Source of the DNA: Candidatus Micrarchaeota archaeon
Lineage (GTDB): Archaea; Micrarchaeota; Micrarchaeia; Anstonellales; Anstonellaceae
Assembly: GCA_043810635.1 (NCBI GenBank)
Contig: JBDRNY010000062.1
Span: 1-15,716, forward strand
Length of the DNA: 15,716 nt
Direction of reading: 5' to 3'
The notes beneath the pieces were generated by a model. It saw nothing but the letters and a program-made list of their open reading frames with translations, searched no databases and was not told the DNA's origin. The position numbers were made by a program, and so were the translations under genes. Position 1 is the stretch's first letter. Every line of letters begins with the position of its first letter. Shown in pieces: positions 1 to 8,075 of this stretch.

Positions 1-23
1 TTTTTTAATTTTCCAAAGCTCAT
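1..23 (-). CDS. 5' end of an unknown gene running off the left edge (MSFGKLK...)
   Basis: Minus-strand ATG at 23-21 preceded by an AGGTGA Shine-Dalgarno (29-34); frame open to base 1. Confidence 0.45.
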
Positions 24-37
24 GCTAATCACCTTTG

Positions 38-75
38 GACCAGATGATGATGCTCTGCAGGGCTGAATCTTGGTC
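38..75 (+). ncRNA. Box C/D-type kink-turn RNA motif; candidate small RNA
   Basis: ATGATGA (44-50) and CTGA (63-66) enclosed by stem GACC-AGAT (38-45) / ATCT-T-GGTC (67-75); tandem GA/GA, U.U and G-C pairs as in a box C/D K-turn. Confidence 0.5.
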
Positions 76-157
76 GCATCTTATTTTACGAGGGAAAGAA
101 GCAAAAATCTATTGGTTCAGAGATAAAACGCAACGCCCTAAAAAATACCCCCGGCAG

Positions 158-172
158 AATATATATATAAAC
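158..172. promoter_or_regulatory. TATA-box-like element in the divergent intergenic region
   Basis: AATATATATATAAAC between the left-edge gene and rps6e. Confidence 0.35.
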
Positions 173-237
173 ACCCCCATCCATAATAATTCATCAAGTA
201 TTTCTCTCTTAGAATACTTTATGCTGAGGTTGAATTT

Positions 238-633
238 ATGAAATTGGTTATAGGGGATCCTTCCACAGGCAAAACCTATCAAGTGGAAGTGCCTAAAGAC
301 AAGGAAGGCTTGCTCATTGGAAGGAAAGTTGGAGATGCTATTGACGGAAGCTCGCTCGGAGCTGCGGGCTATACATTGAAAATTACCGGAGGGAGCGATA
401 CTGCCGGCTTTCCGATGCGCCATGATGTATCTGGCCCGAGAAGGGCAAAATTGCTTCTTTCAGACTCCCCCGGCTTCAGGAAAGGGGGGGAAGGAGACAG
501 GCAGGCAAGAAGGGTTAGGGGCAATATAATTTCAGATGAAATTGAGCAGATAAATTGCAAAGTAAAAGAAAAAGGCCCCAAACCATTGGATGAGCTTTTT
601 GGAAAAAAGGAAAGTAAAGAGGAGAAGAAATAA
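238..633 (+). CDS. rps6e: 30S ribosomal protein S6e
   Basis: MKLVIGDP..GKTYQ, GYTLKITGGSDTAGFPMR, RRVRGN motifs; GAGGT RBS; TAATG overlap with eIF2gamma, a conserved archaeal gene pair. Confidence 0.97.
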   Translation: MKLVIGDPSTGKTYQVEVPKDKEGLLIGRKVGDAIDGSSLGAAGYTLKITGGSDTAGFPMRHDVSGPRRAKLLLSDSPGFRKGGEGDRQARRVRGNIISDEIEQINCKVKEKGPKPLDELFGKKESKEEKK

Positions 634-1832
634 TGCAGGCTGAAATAAATATCGGATTGGTGGGCCATGTTGACCATGGCAAAACATCCCTCACAAAAGC
701 GCTTACGGGGAAATGGACAGACACCCATTCTGAAGAATTGAAGAGAGGGATAACAATACGTGTAGGCTATGCTGACACTGCTTTTTTTAAAAATAACAAA
801 ACCGGCAAATATCTTCCCGAGCACCAAATACCAAAAGATTTGAAGGAAAGCTATGAACTCTCGCGCCGTGTTTCTTTTCTTGACGCACCCGGGCATGAAA
901 CACTGATGGCAACCATGATATCTGCGGCAAATATTGTTGATGCAGCATTGCTTATAATTGCGGCAAACGAACCCTGCCCCCAGGCGCAGACAACTGAGCA
1001 TTTGATGGTTTTGGATATATTGGGAATAAAAAATATTGTAATTGTGCAAAACAAAATAGATTTGATGAGCAAAGAGGAGGCGCTTGAACATTACAAGCAA
1101 ATAAAGAAATTTGCAAAAGGCACAGTTGCGGAAAACGCCCCCATAATTCCCATTTCAGCAAATTATAATGCAAATATTGACGCATTGATAGAAGCTGTTG
1201 AAACAAAATTGCTTACCCCTAAAAGGGATTTAGGCGCCCCTGCCAAAATGTATGTTGCGCGCTCATTTGACATAAACCGCCCCGGGCACGAAATAAGCAA
1301 ATTAAGCGGCGGAGTGCTCGGAGGGTCTGTAATATGCGGACAAATAAAAAAAGGAGACAAGCTTTCCCTCCGCCCCGGCTTGCTAAGAAGAGTAAAGGAA
1401 AAAGATGTGTTTGTGCCTGTTGATCTTGAAGTAACAAGCCTTAATTGTGCGCAAGGGCCTTTGGAAAAGGCGCATGCCGGCGGATTGATAGGGGTTGGCA
1501 CAAAGCTTGACCCTGCGGTTGTAAAAGGGAATTTGCTTGTAGGGCAGATACTTGCAGACAGCAAAGCTCTTGGGAAAGTTGTGCAGCAGCCTGAAATTGA
1601 ATACACCCTTATCAACAGGGAAGGGTTTGAAAACGCCCCCCTCAGGATGGGCGAGCCTCTTGTTATTTCAATAGGCACCGCAACTTCAATAGGCGTGATT
1701 ACAAAACTTAAAGGAAAAAAGCTTTTAATGAAATTAAAGAGGGCTATTTATACAGATAAAGGGGCAAAAGTGGCGCTTTCAAGAAGGATGGGGCAAAGAT
1801 GGAGGCTTTCCTGCTTTGGCACCATTTTGTAA
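633..1832 (+). CDS. eif2g: Translation initiation factor aIF2 subunit gamma
   Basis: GHVDHGKT P-loop, HSEELKRGITI, DAPGHE, QNKID, ARSFDINRPG, GGVLGGS, C-terminal WRL. Confidence 0.97.
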   Translation: MQAEINIGLVGHVDHGKTSLTKALTGKWTDTHSEELKRGITIRVGYADTAFFKNNKTGKYLPEHQIPKDLKESYELSRRVSFLDAPGHETLMATMISAANIVDAALLIIAANEPCPQAQTTEHLMVLDILGIKNIVIVQNKIDLMSKEEALEHYKQIKKFAKGTVAENAPIIPISANYNANIDALIEAVETKLLTPKRDLGAPAKMYVARSFDINRPGHEISKLSGGVLGGSVICGQIKKGDKLSLRPGLLRRVKEKDVFVPVDLEVTSLNCAQGPLEKAHAGGLIGVGTKLDPAVVKGNLLVGQILADSKALGKVVQQPEIEYTLINREGFENAPLRMGEPLVISIGTATSIGVITKLKGKKLLMKLKRAIYTDKGAKVALSRRMGQRWRLSCFGTIL

Positions 1833-1868
1833 ATAATAAATAGTGCTTTTGCTTTGTAGGCGATTTAT

Positions 1869-2966
1869 TTGAGAAAAAATAAAAGAAAAAAATTAGATTT
1901 AACTACTTTTGAAGGAAGAATTGAAAAGCAGGGCTATCACAAAGTAGGCATGCATTCTGCAGCTAAAATATGCAAATATGCAAAAGATTCTATATTAGGC
2001 AAAACTTCCTGCTACAAAAACAAATTTTACGGCATCTCCTCCCACCGCTGCCTCCAATGCTCTCCTGTATTGCAGTTTTGCAACCTTTCATGTAAATTCT
2101 GCTGGAGATTAATCCCTGAAACCAAAAGTGGGTGGGTGGAACTGCCGCAATCTGACCAAACTTCCCTCAGGGGGGGAGGGTCAGGAAGACCCTCAAACTG
2201 GGGAGGGGGGTGTCCCTCCTCCGCGGTTCGGTTTGAGTGGGACGAGCCATTGTTTATTGCAGAAGGATTAATTTATGAGCAAAAAAGGATAATGTCAGGC
2301 TTTTTAGGAAATAAAAAAGCAAACAAGCAATTAGCAAAAGAGGCGATGGAACCAAACCAAGTAGCTCTTTCCTTAATTGGCGAGCCCACAATCTATCCAA
2401 AAATGTCTGAATTAATAAAAGAATTTCACAAAAGGAATATGACAACATTTTTAGTGAGTAATGGCACATTTCCAAATGCCATTCAGGCGCTCACCACCCT
2501 CCCCACCCAATTATATATTTCCTTAATTTCCCCCGACGAAAAAACCTATGCAAATGTAACGCAACAAACACCTGCCCAAACAAAATTAAATTGGAAAAAT
2601 TTCCTTTCCTCGCTTGAATTAATGAAAAAATTAAGTGAAAAAACCCGCACAGTATTAAGAATGACTTTGGTGCGTAATTTAAACAATGAAAATTTAGACG
2701 GCTATGCAAATTTAATAAAAAAAGCAATGCCCCATTATGTAGAGGTAAAATCATTTGTATTTGTGGGCGGAGCAAGAAATGAATGCCGAGGGCTGAAATT
2801 AAGTGATATGCTTTCAATGGACGAAATAAGAAAAATCAGCGCCGAGCTTGCTAAAAAAACAGGTTATTTGTATGTTGATGAGCACAAACCTTCAAGGGTT
2901 GTATTATTAGCAAGAAATAAAAAGGCGAAAGAGAACAGGATGATAACCTGCGACAGAAAAGGCTAA
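1869..2966 (+). CDS. taw1: tRNA 4-demethylwyosine (imG-14) synthase Taw1/TYW1, radical SAM; carries a 25-aa in-frame insertion
   Basis: CNLSCKFCWR radical-SAM motif, CYKNKFYGISSHRCLQ, ALSLIGEPT, TTFLVSNGT, PTQLYISL, YVEVKS, SRVVLL; TTG start uncertain. Confidence 0.93.
   Translation: MRKNKRKKLDLTTFEGRIEKQGYHKVGMHSAAKICKYAKDSILGKTSCYKNKFYGISSHRCLQCSPVLQFCNLSCKFCWRLIPETKSGWVELPQSDQTSLRGGGSGRPSNWGGGCPSSAVRFEWDEPLFIAEGLIYEQKRIMSGFLGNKKANKQLAKEAMEPNQVALSLIGEPTIYPKMSELIKEFHKRNMTTFLVSNGTFPNAIQALTTLPTQLYISLISPDEKTYANVTQQTPAQTKLNWKNFLSSLELMKKLSEKTRTVLRMTLVRNLNNENLDGYANLIKKAMPHYVEVKSFVFVGGARNECRGLKLSDMLSMDEIRKISAELAKKTGYLYVDEHKPSRVVLLARNKKAKENRMITCDRKG
2157..2235. repeat. GC-rich palindromic (REP/MITE-like) element inside taw1
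   Basis: Hairpins GAGGGTC/GACCCTC (2176-2194) and GGGGAGGG/CCCTCCTC (2200-2221); ends CAAAC...GTTTG; 50 of 75 bases in 2157-2231 are G/C in an AT-rich gene. Confidence 0.65.
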
Positions 2967-2968
2967 AC

Positions 2969-3883
2969 TCAACAATTTTCAAAAATGCCTTTTTTATCAA
3001 GAATATCTTCTGTTTTTTCTCTAAATTCTACTGGGTGCATAATTTCAATATCTAAACTGAATTTCTTTACTATTTCCTCCAGCTTTTTGTCCGGTAAAAC
3101 CTGTAAAAGAAACACCTTGCAATCTATTCTACGCGCTACTAGATGATCTAAAACGTGTTGCCAATTTCGAGTTTTTCCAAAATCCTCTACTCTAAAAAAC
3201 TTTATTTCCTCACTTCCCTCACTAGGCAAATATCTAAAAGGCTTAAATGAATACTTTATACACTGACTTAGTACACAGCAAGCTATCTTTTTCTTCGCAC
3301 TCTCACAACCAATAATCTCATCTATGACGCCCAAAATATTATCTGAAATATAAATTCTAGTGTCAAACAAGCCCCTCTTTGCAAATATGTGCTCCAGATG
3401 AATCTTGTCACATTCTGCGAATACTTCGTCTATCTCACCAAGAATAACAACTCTTTTGTAATCCCTTTTTTGCTCAGGTGGCGTATCTGACTTCTGGCAT
3501 ATATGATTTCTAATCTCATCAGAAACAACAGGCACGCCTGAACCATATATCTTTTTCTTCCAACGCAATATTAGTCTGTCCGGCAATAACATTATCACAT
3601 CACTTATCTTGAATCTCATGTCCTCTGAGGTTTCCTTATCCCAAAACCTGGTCTTTAATATCTCACAAATCTCAATAAGCTCATGCAGCGAGAGAATGCC
3701 TGCCGGTTGTTTTTCAAGTTTTGATTTGAGGGTTTGCAGTGCTACTTCAAATTCTGCACTGTTCTTTGACATCAATTTATTTATTGTGTCCGGGAGGAGT
3801 TCTCTCATTTTTAGAAAAGTAGAATTCAATTTATTTTGTTTATTATTTCTAGAGCCATTTTGTTGTTTATATGTACATTCCAT
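2969..3883 (-). CDS. Hypothetical protein; C-terminal half weakly PIN-fold-like
   Basis: 304-aa ORF filling the gap between taw1 and pdxT; start uncertain. Confidence 0.7.
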   Translation of the reverse strand: MECTYKQQNGSRNNKQNKLNSTFLKMRELLPDTINKLMSKNSAEFEVALQTLKSKLEKQPAGILSLHELIEICEILKTRFWDKETSEDMRFKISDVIMLLPDRLILRWKKKIYGSGVPVVSDEIRNHICQKSDTPPEQKRDYKRVVILGEIDEVFAECDKIHLEHIFAKRGLFDTRIYISDNILGVIDEIIGCESAKKKIACCVLSQCIKYSFKPFRYLPSEGSEEIKFFRVEDFGKTRNWQHVLDHLVARRIDCKVFLLQVLPDKKLEEIVKKFSLDIEIMHPVEFREKTEDILDKKGIFENC

Positions 3884-3907
3884 GATAATATGTCCATCAA
3901 TCTATTT

Positions 3908-4507
3908 TTAAATCCCTGTCATAATCTTTTTCAAAAAGTATTCATGCACCCTGCTTGTGCTTAATTCCGGATGGCATGCTGCCCCCAAATAAAATTTCCC
4001 CCCATTTCTTTCTTCAACAATAACTGCGCCGCCAGATTTTGCTAATTTTGCAATTATTTTCACATTTTTCCCGATTTTCTTTATTTTCGGAGCACGTATA
4101 AACATTATTTTTTCATCATTTAGCAATTCGCAATTTAATTCGCTTTCAAATGAATCCAACTGGCTCCCATAAGCATTTCTTTCTACTTCAATATCCATCA
4201 CATTAATTCCTTTCTGCCCTTCCACTTTTCCATTTGCATTTTTTGCCATCAATATCAATCCAGCGCATGTGCCAAAAACCGCCCGCACCTCTTTCAATTT
4301 CTCAATCATCCCCCCCTTCTCAAGAAGAAGAGAAAGAGTGGTGCTTTCTCCCCCCGGCAAAATAATTCCATCCAGCCCCTCCAATTCCTCTTTTTTCCTT
4401 ACCTGCCTTATTTCAATATTTATGCCTGTTTCCCTGCTTGCCTTTGCCAATGCATTGCTATGCTCAACTACATTCCCCTGCAGTGCAAGCACTCCAATTT
4501 TTAGCAT
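3908..4507 (-). CDS. pdxT: PLP synthase glutaminase subunit PdxT
   Basis: IGVLALQG, LPGGESTT, GTCAGLI (catalytic Cys), RNAYGSQLDSFE, FIRAP, HPEL. Confidence 0.96.
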   Translation of the reverse strand: MLKIGVLALQGNVVEHSNALAKASRETGINIEIRQVRKKEELEGLDGIILPGGESTTLSLLLEKGGMIEKLKEVRAVFGTCAGLILMAKNANGKVEGQKGINVMDIEVERNAYGSQLDSFESELNCELLNDEKIMFIRAPKIKKIGKNVKIIAKLAKSGGAVIVEERNGGKFYLGAACHPELSTSRVHEYFLKKIMTGI

Positions 4508-4521
4508 TTAAATAAGCACCA

Positions 4522-4535
4522 AACCTTTCATTTTT
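4522..4535 (+). repeat. Target-site duplication, left copy (AACCTTTCATTTTT)
   Basis: Identical 14-mer at 5546-5559; both copies abut the TGT/ACA element termini. Confidence 0.9.
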
Positions 4536-5545
4536 TGTGGTATCCCGCTAATATTTCCTCCCGAGGCTTCCTGAATCTTTTCATTTAATCCACCTCGGCT
4601 ATTGCAACTTGCTTGTTGCTGCTTTTAACTTTATGGTGCATCTTCCTTTCAAATGCCTGAGCTGGAGTTTCCAGCTCATCAAAGTCCAGTGACATGTGAG
4701 GCTTGATGTAGTTATACCAATGCATCAGCTCATCCAGGCTTTCAAATTCATCAAGCTTGCTTTTTACTGTGCCAAAAAACCTCTCAAGCTTTCCATTTGT
4801 CTGGGGATGGTTTACCCCGCCAACAATATGCTTAATTTTATTTGCTTCCAGAAACCTCTCAAACTTCGTAGGGCCTTTCTGTATTTTCTCTGAAGCATTG
4901 CTGAAAAACTGTGAATCATGGCCTGTAAGCATGGCTTTTGGCTTGCCATGAGCCATAATTGCCCCTCTAAGCACCTTGAGGCTGTTTTCTGTTGTTGGAG
5001 AATCAAAGAGCCCATAGCCTACAATAAACCTTGAAGCGTCATCTTCATATGCAATAAGCCATTTATCTCCTAATTTTGTCCAGTCTGTATGGCAGAGGGA
5101 GTTAGAGTGCTTTCTCTCCCATCTCACCCATGCCTTTCTTTTCACTTTCTTTTTCAGAGGCTTTGCCATACCATAAGTATTGAGAATATCCTGTATTTTA
5201 TTGTGTGGTAGCGGTGTTCCTTGCTTTTTGAGTATCTTCTCAAGAAATGTTGCCCCTACATGATAATTTCTCCTCAGAAGCAGTACCAAGTCTATCTCAT
5301 CAGGAGTTAAGGGGGTGCTTCTCTGTTTTCTCTTAGCAGAGAGGCAGAATGCCCTGCCTGTATTGCTTTTGTATTCCCTCAGCTGCCTGATTCTTCTTGG
5401 GCTTACTTTCTGCATTCTTGCTATCTGCCGGATACTCATAATTCCTTCTCTTAGTTGCTTCATTATCCAGTTTATTTTCCTTTTATTCAGTTTTGCCATA
5501 AAAGGTTTAGATTGCTTCGAGAGGAAATTTAACTGGGATAGGACA
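4536..5545 (-). mobile_element. IS481-family insertion sequence, 1010 bp
   Basis: TGT...ACA ends; imperfect inverted repeats 4536-4567 and 5514-5545 (24/32 identical); 14-bp flanking direct repeat; single transposase ORF. Confidence 0.92.
4585..5499 (-). CDS. IS481-family DDE transposase (HTH plus integrase core)
   Basis: N-terminal HTH (SIRQIARMQKVSPRRIRQL), HTDW, YEDDASRFIVG, HPQTNGKLERFFGT, YNYIKPHMSL. Confidence 0.93.
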   Translation of the reverse strand: MAKLNKRKINWIMKQLREGIMSIRQIARMQKVSPRRIRQLREYKSNTGRAFCLSAKRKQRSTPLTPDEIDLVLLLRRNYHVGATFLEKILKKQGTPLPHNKIQDILNTYGMAKPLKKKVKRKAWVRWERKHSNSLCHTDWTKLGDKWLIAYEDDASRFIVGYGLFDSPTTENSLKVLRGAIMAHGKPKAMLTGHDSQFFSNASEKIQKGPTKFERFLEANKIKHIVGGVNHPQTNGKLERFFGTVKSKLDEFESLDELMHWYNYIKPHMSLDFDELETPAQAFERKMHHKVKSSNKQVAIAEVD

Positions 5546-5559
5546 AACCTTTCATTTTT
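5546..5559 (+). repeat. Target-site duplication, right copy
   Basis: Identical to 4522-4535. Confidence 0.9.
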
Positions 5560-5563
5560 AGAT

Positions 5564-5578
5564 AGATTTATATATTCC
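5564..5578 (-). promoter_or_regulatory. Probable original pdxT promoter (TATA box), now upstream of the IS
   Basis: Minus strand GGAATATATAAATCT; removing the IS and one duplicated copy places it about 35-45 bp upstream of the pdxT ATG. Confidence 0.5.
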
Positions 5579-5636
5579 TAAATATAATATGCTGTTGTAA
5601 TTTATATAAATTAGTTGTATTCAGGTGGGTGGGAAT

Positions 5637-6113
5637 ATGTTAAGAAAATATAGTGGAGCTCCCAATCCTCCATCAAATCCAGCTAACGCCATAAGAAAAT
5701 CAAAGTCGCTTACAGCACATTTGCAGAAAGCAAATAAACTTCTTCTCTACAATTATTTCAACAAAACGGGCCTTATTAAAAATACCAAGCGGCGCTATCT
5801 CCGGGGCCTTGAGATAATGGAACAAGCGGCAGAAGGCATTGACATCCGCATTAATTTTAAGGAAACGGGCAAAGAAGTTAAAGTTGATTTAAAAGACGAG
5901 CAAATCCCCCCCACACTTTATCATGCGGCATTTAATGCAGGGATGGATTTTTACAATATACGCGACAGGATGGATATTTATGCAAGAATAATTGAGTTTG
6001 CAAAAAAATATATAAAAAATGAAACAACCAGTGAAGCCACAATAGCGGCAATATTAAACCTAATTCAAAAATCTATTCCGCCTAATAAGTTGAAAGAAAT
6101 AAGGATTCTTTAA
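5637..6113 (+). CDS. Hypothetical protein
   Basis: ORF with AGGTGG RBS at 5623-5628 before ATG 5637 and an upstream TTTATATAAA box; no recognisable motif. Confidence 0.7.
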   Translation: MLRKYSGAPNPPSNPANAIRKSKSLTAHLQKANKLLLYNYFNKTGLIKNTKRRYLRGLEIMEQAAEGIDIRINFKETGKEVKVDLKDEQIPPTLYHAAFNAGMDFYNIRDRMDIYARIIEFAKKYIKNETTSEATIAAILNLIQKSIPPNKLKEIRIL

Positions 6114-6123
6114 AAAGAATAAC

Positions 6124-7424
6124 CTACCTCTCTTTTTCATATTTTTTCAATAATTCCGTAAAAAGCATCGGCACCAATTTCATTTTTTCAGGAGTTTCCA
6201 CATATGCAATTCTCATCTGGGTTTTTCCCGGATTTTCCTCCCCTTTCTTAACATTGTAAAAGCCAGCCATGGGCGCAACAAGCAAAGTGTAATTTTTTTC
6301 TTCAAATTCAATTTTCCCTTTTTGCGCGCAATACATTACAAATTTATGGGCATCAAAATTTTTCGCAACATTTCTAACGTCAATTACAGCATAAATTGTT
6401 GCATCAGTCGAGGATACAATTATTCCAGGCATTTTCTTCCGCAACTCTCCCGCAACTTCAACCATCATTTTTTTGTAATATTCCCTTTGTTTGGCATACC
6501 ATTTCTTCAATTCCTCATGGCTTTCATGAGCCAATGCGCCAAGTATATACTGCCCTATTGCATTCGGGCACAAATTTGCAGTATATTCCGCAACGCTTTT
6601 TTCATGAAATTCCTTATTGTCAGTAACTAATGCTCCAATCCTCAACCCGCAGGCATTCCACACTTTAGAAGTTGTCTCAATGCTTATTCTTCTTCCTTCA
6701 ATTCCCTCAACAATTTTATCATCAATGCCCCAAATGCTTGAAGTTTTACTCCCAGTATATTGCATTTCCCGGTATGCTTCATCACTTATTATCCACATAT
6801 CATATTTTGTGCACAATTTCGCCAATTCAATCATTTCCTCTTGCTTGAAAAATTGCCCGGTAGGGTTGTCATACGGAATTACAACCATGGCACCTGGATT
6901 GTTTTCCTTAATAACTTTTTCAATCTCCTCTAAATTCGGAAGGGAAAATTTCCCGTCCTCTTTCAATTTCCTTTTCACAGCAACAACTTTCCTTCCCACC
7001 CTGTTTGCAAAGAGCATATAATTTGTATAAGCCGCATCAATAAGCAAAAGCGGCTTCTCCCCGCTTCCTGCAGCACCGCAGCAGCCTACTATTGCCAATT
7101 CCATTGCCATGCTTCCCCCATCCAATATTTGGGAATAAAGCTTGCCAGTTGAAAATCCGCTGGATGCAATTATATTCAAAAAAGCATCATTAGCTTCCTT
7201 CTCCCCGACAGTTGCAGTATATCTCACAACCCCTCTGAAAAAGGGCTTTCTTTTCCGCACAAATTTTTCATCCTTTCATGCATTGCAGGGTGCATTGGCA
7301 ACGAAACATTTCCAATTGCAACATTAATTGCCTCCACATCATCCTTTCTTTTTGCAAATTCAATTGATGCCAATCTTATTTCAGAAGGCTGGCGTGTTTT
7401 AAAATGCTCAGATATTTCAACCAT
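6124..7424 (-). pseudogene. Class I/II PLP-dependent (aspartate-type) aminotransferase split by one frameshift near 7230-7245
   Basis: N-terminal ORF 7424-7224 (SEIR, INVAIGN) and C-terminal ORF to 6124 (YDNPTG, SDEAY, TSKVW PLP-lysine, GLRIG, MRIAY) overlap in adjacent frames; may be an intact gene with a sequencing indel. Confidence 0.85.
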
Positions 7425-7432
7425 TAATCCAC

Positions 7433-8074
7433 CTATTTGAATATTATTCCTGTTTCCTCACTCCAAAACAGCAAATCTAAATGCTCCATTGGAATTTTTA
7501 TCCTTTCTGCAAATTTTCTCATTTTTCCCTCAATTTCAATATATTGTTTATCACTCAGAGATTTCGGAATGCTTCCAATAGCCCCGTATTTTTCCAAATT
7601 TTTCAATATATGCCTGTCTAAAATTGCAATTTCTTTTCCCAAGCCGGTATTTCTCAAAAAATGGCTTGCCTCTTTCATTCCCAAGCCTGTTATTTCTTTT
7701 GCAAGCATATTCCGCAATTCCCCCTCATCCCCCGCACTTTGCAAATATCCCCCTAACTTTCCCTCTTCAAACAATTTTTTTCTTGCCTCAATAATATATT
7801 TTGCCTTATTATTATGAAACCTTACCCCTGAATTCAGCAAAACCTGGGAAATTTCCCCCCTGGAATTTGAATATAATAATTCTTTTTCCACAAGCCCTAT
7901 CTGCGCCTTCCATGCGGCTTCTGCAGAAGAATTTGCGGCGCAAATGCAAAAACAAAGCTCTGAAAGCAATACCCCGTCCCCCATTTTCTTAATTTTTGAA
8001 AAATCGTAAATCCTGCCCCTAATCTCATCTTCTTTAGCATTATACTTTTCAAACAACTCTTTTCTGTTTTCCAT
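7433..8074 (-). CDS. ogg: 8-oxoguanine DNA glycosylase/AP lyase (Ogg2 family)
   Basis: ELCFCIC.ANSSA, RFHNNKAKYI, GLGMKEASHFLRN HhH motif, AILDRHIL, DLLFW and C-terminal Lys; ATG 8074 follows the pdxS stop. Confidence 0.93.
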   Translation of the reverse strand: MENRKELFEKYNAKEDEIRGRIYDFSKIKKMGDGVLLSELCFCICAANSSAEAAWKAQIGLVEKELLYSNSRGEISQVLLNSGVRFHNNKAKYIIEARKKLFEEGKLGGYLQSAGDEGELRNMLAKEITGLGMKEASHFLRNTGLGKEIAILDRHILKNLEKYGAIGSIPKSLSDKQYIEIEGKMRKFAERIKIPMEHLDLLFWSEETGIIFK

Positions 8075-8075
8075 T

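Noticed and set aside
76..157. Possible riboswitch (fluoride, SAM, TPP, c-di-AMP) or tRNA in the left intergenic region
   Set aside because: Conserved cores not present; no cloverleaf or T-loop
35..1678. ORFs 35-241, 109-423, 369-1100, 515-724, 851-1072, 952-1206, 1163-1678 and 1219-1437
   Set aside because: Antisense shadows of rps6e and eIF2gamma, or a motif-free ORF spanning the promoter region
2145..2240. taw1 insertion as an intein or canonical BHB intron
   Set aside because: Far too short for an intein and lacks splice residues; no clean bulge-helix-bulge found by eye
4570..4578. CCTGAATCT shared with 13372-13380 and partly with 63-70
   Set aside because: Short match in unrelated contexts; compatible with chance
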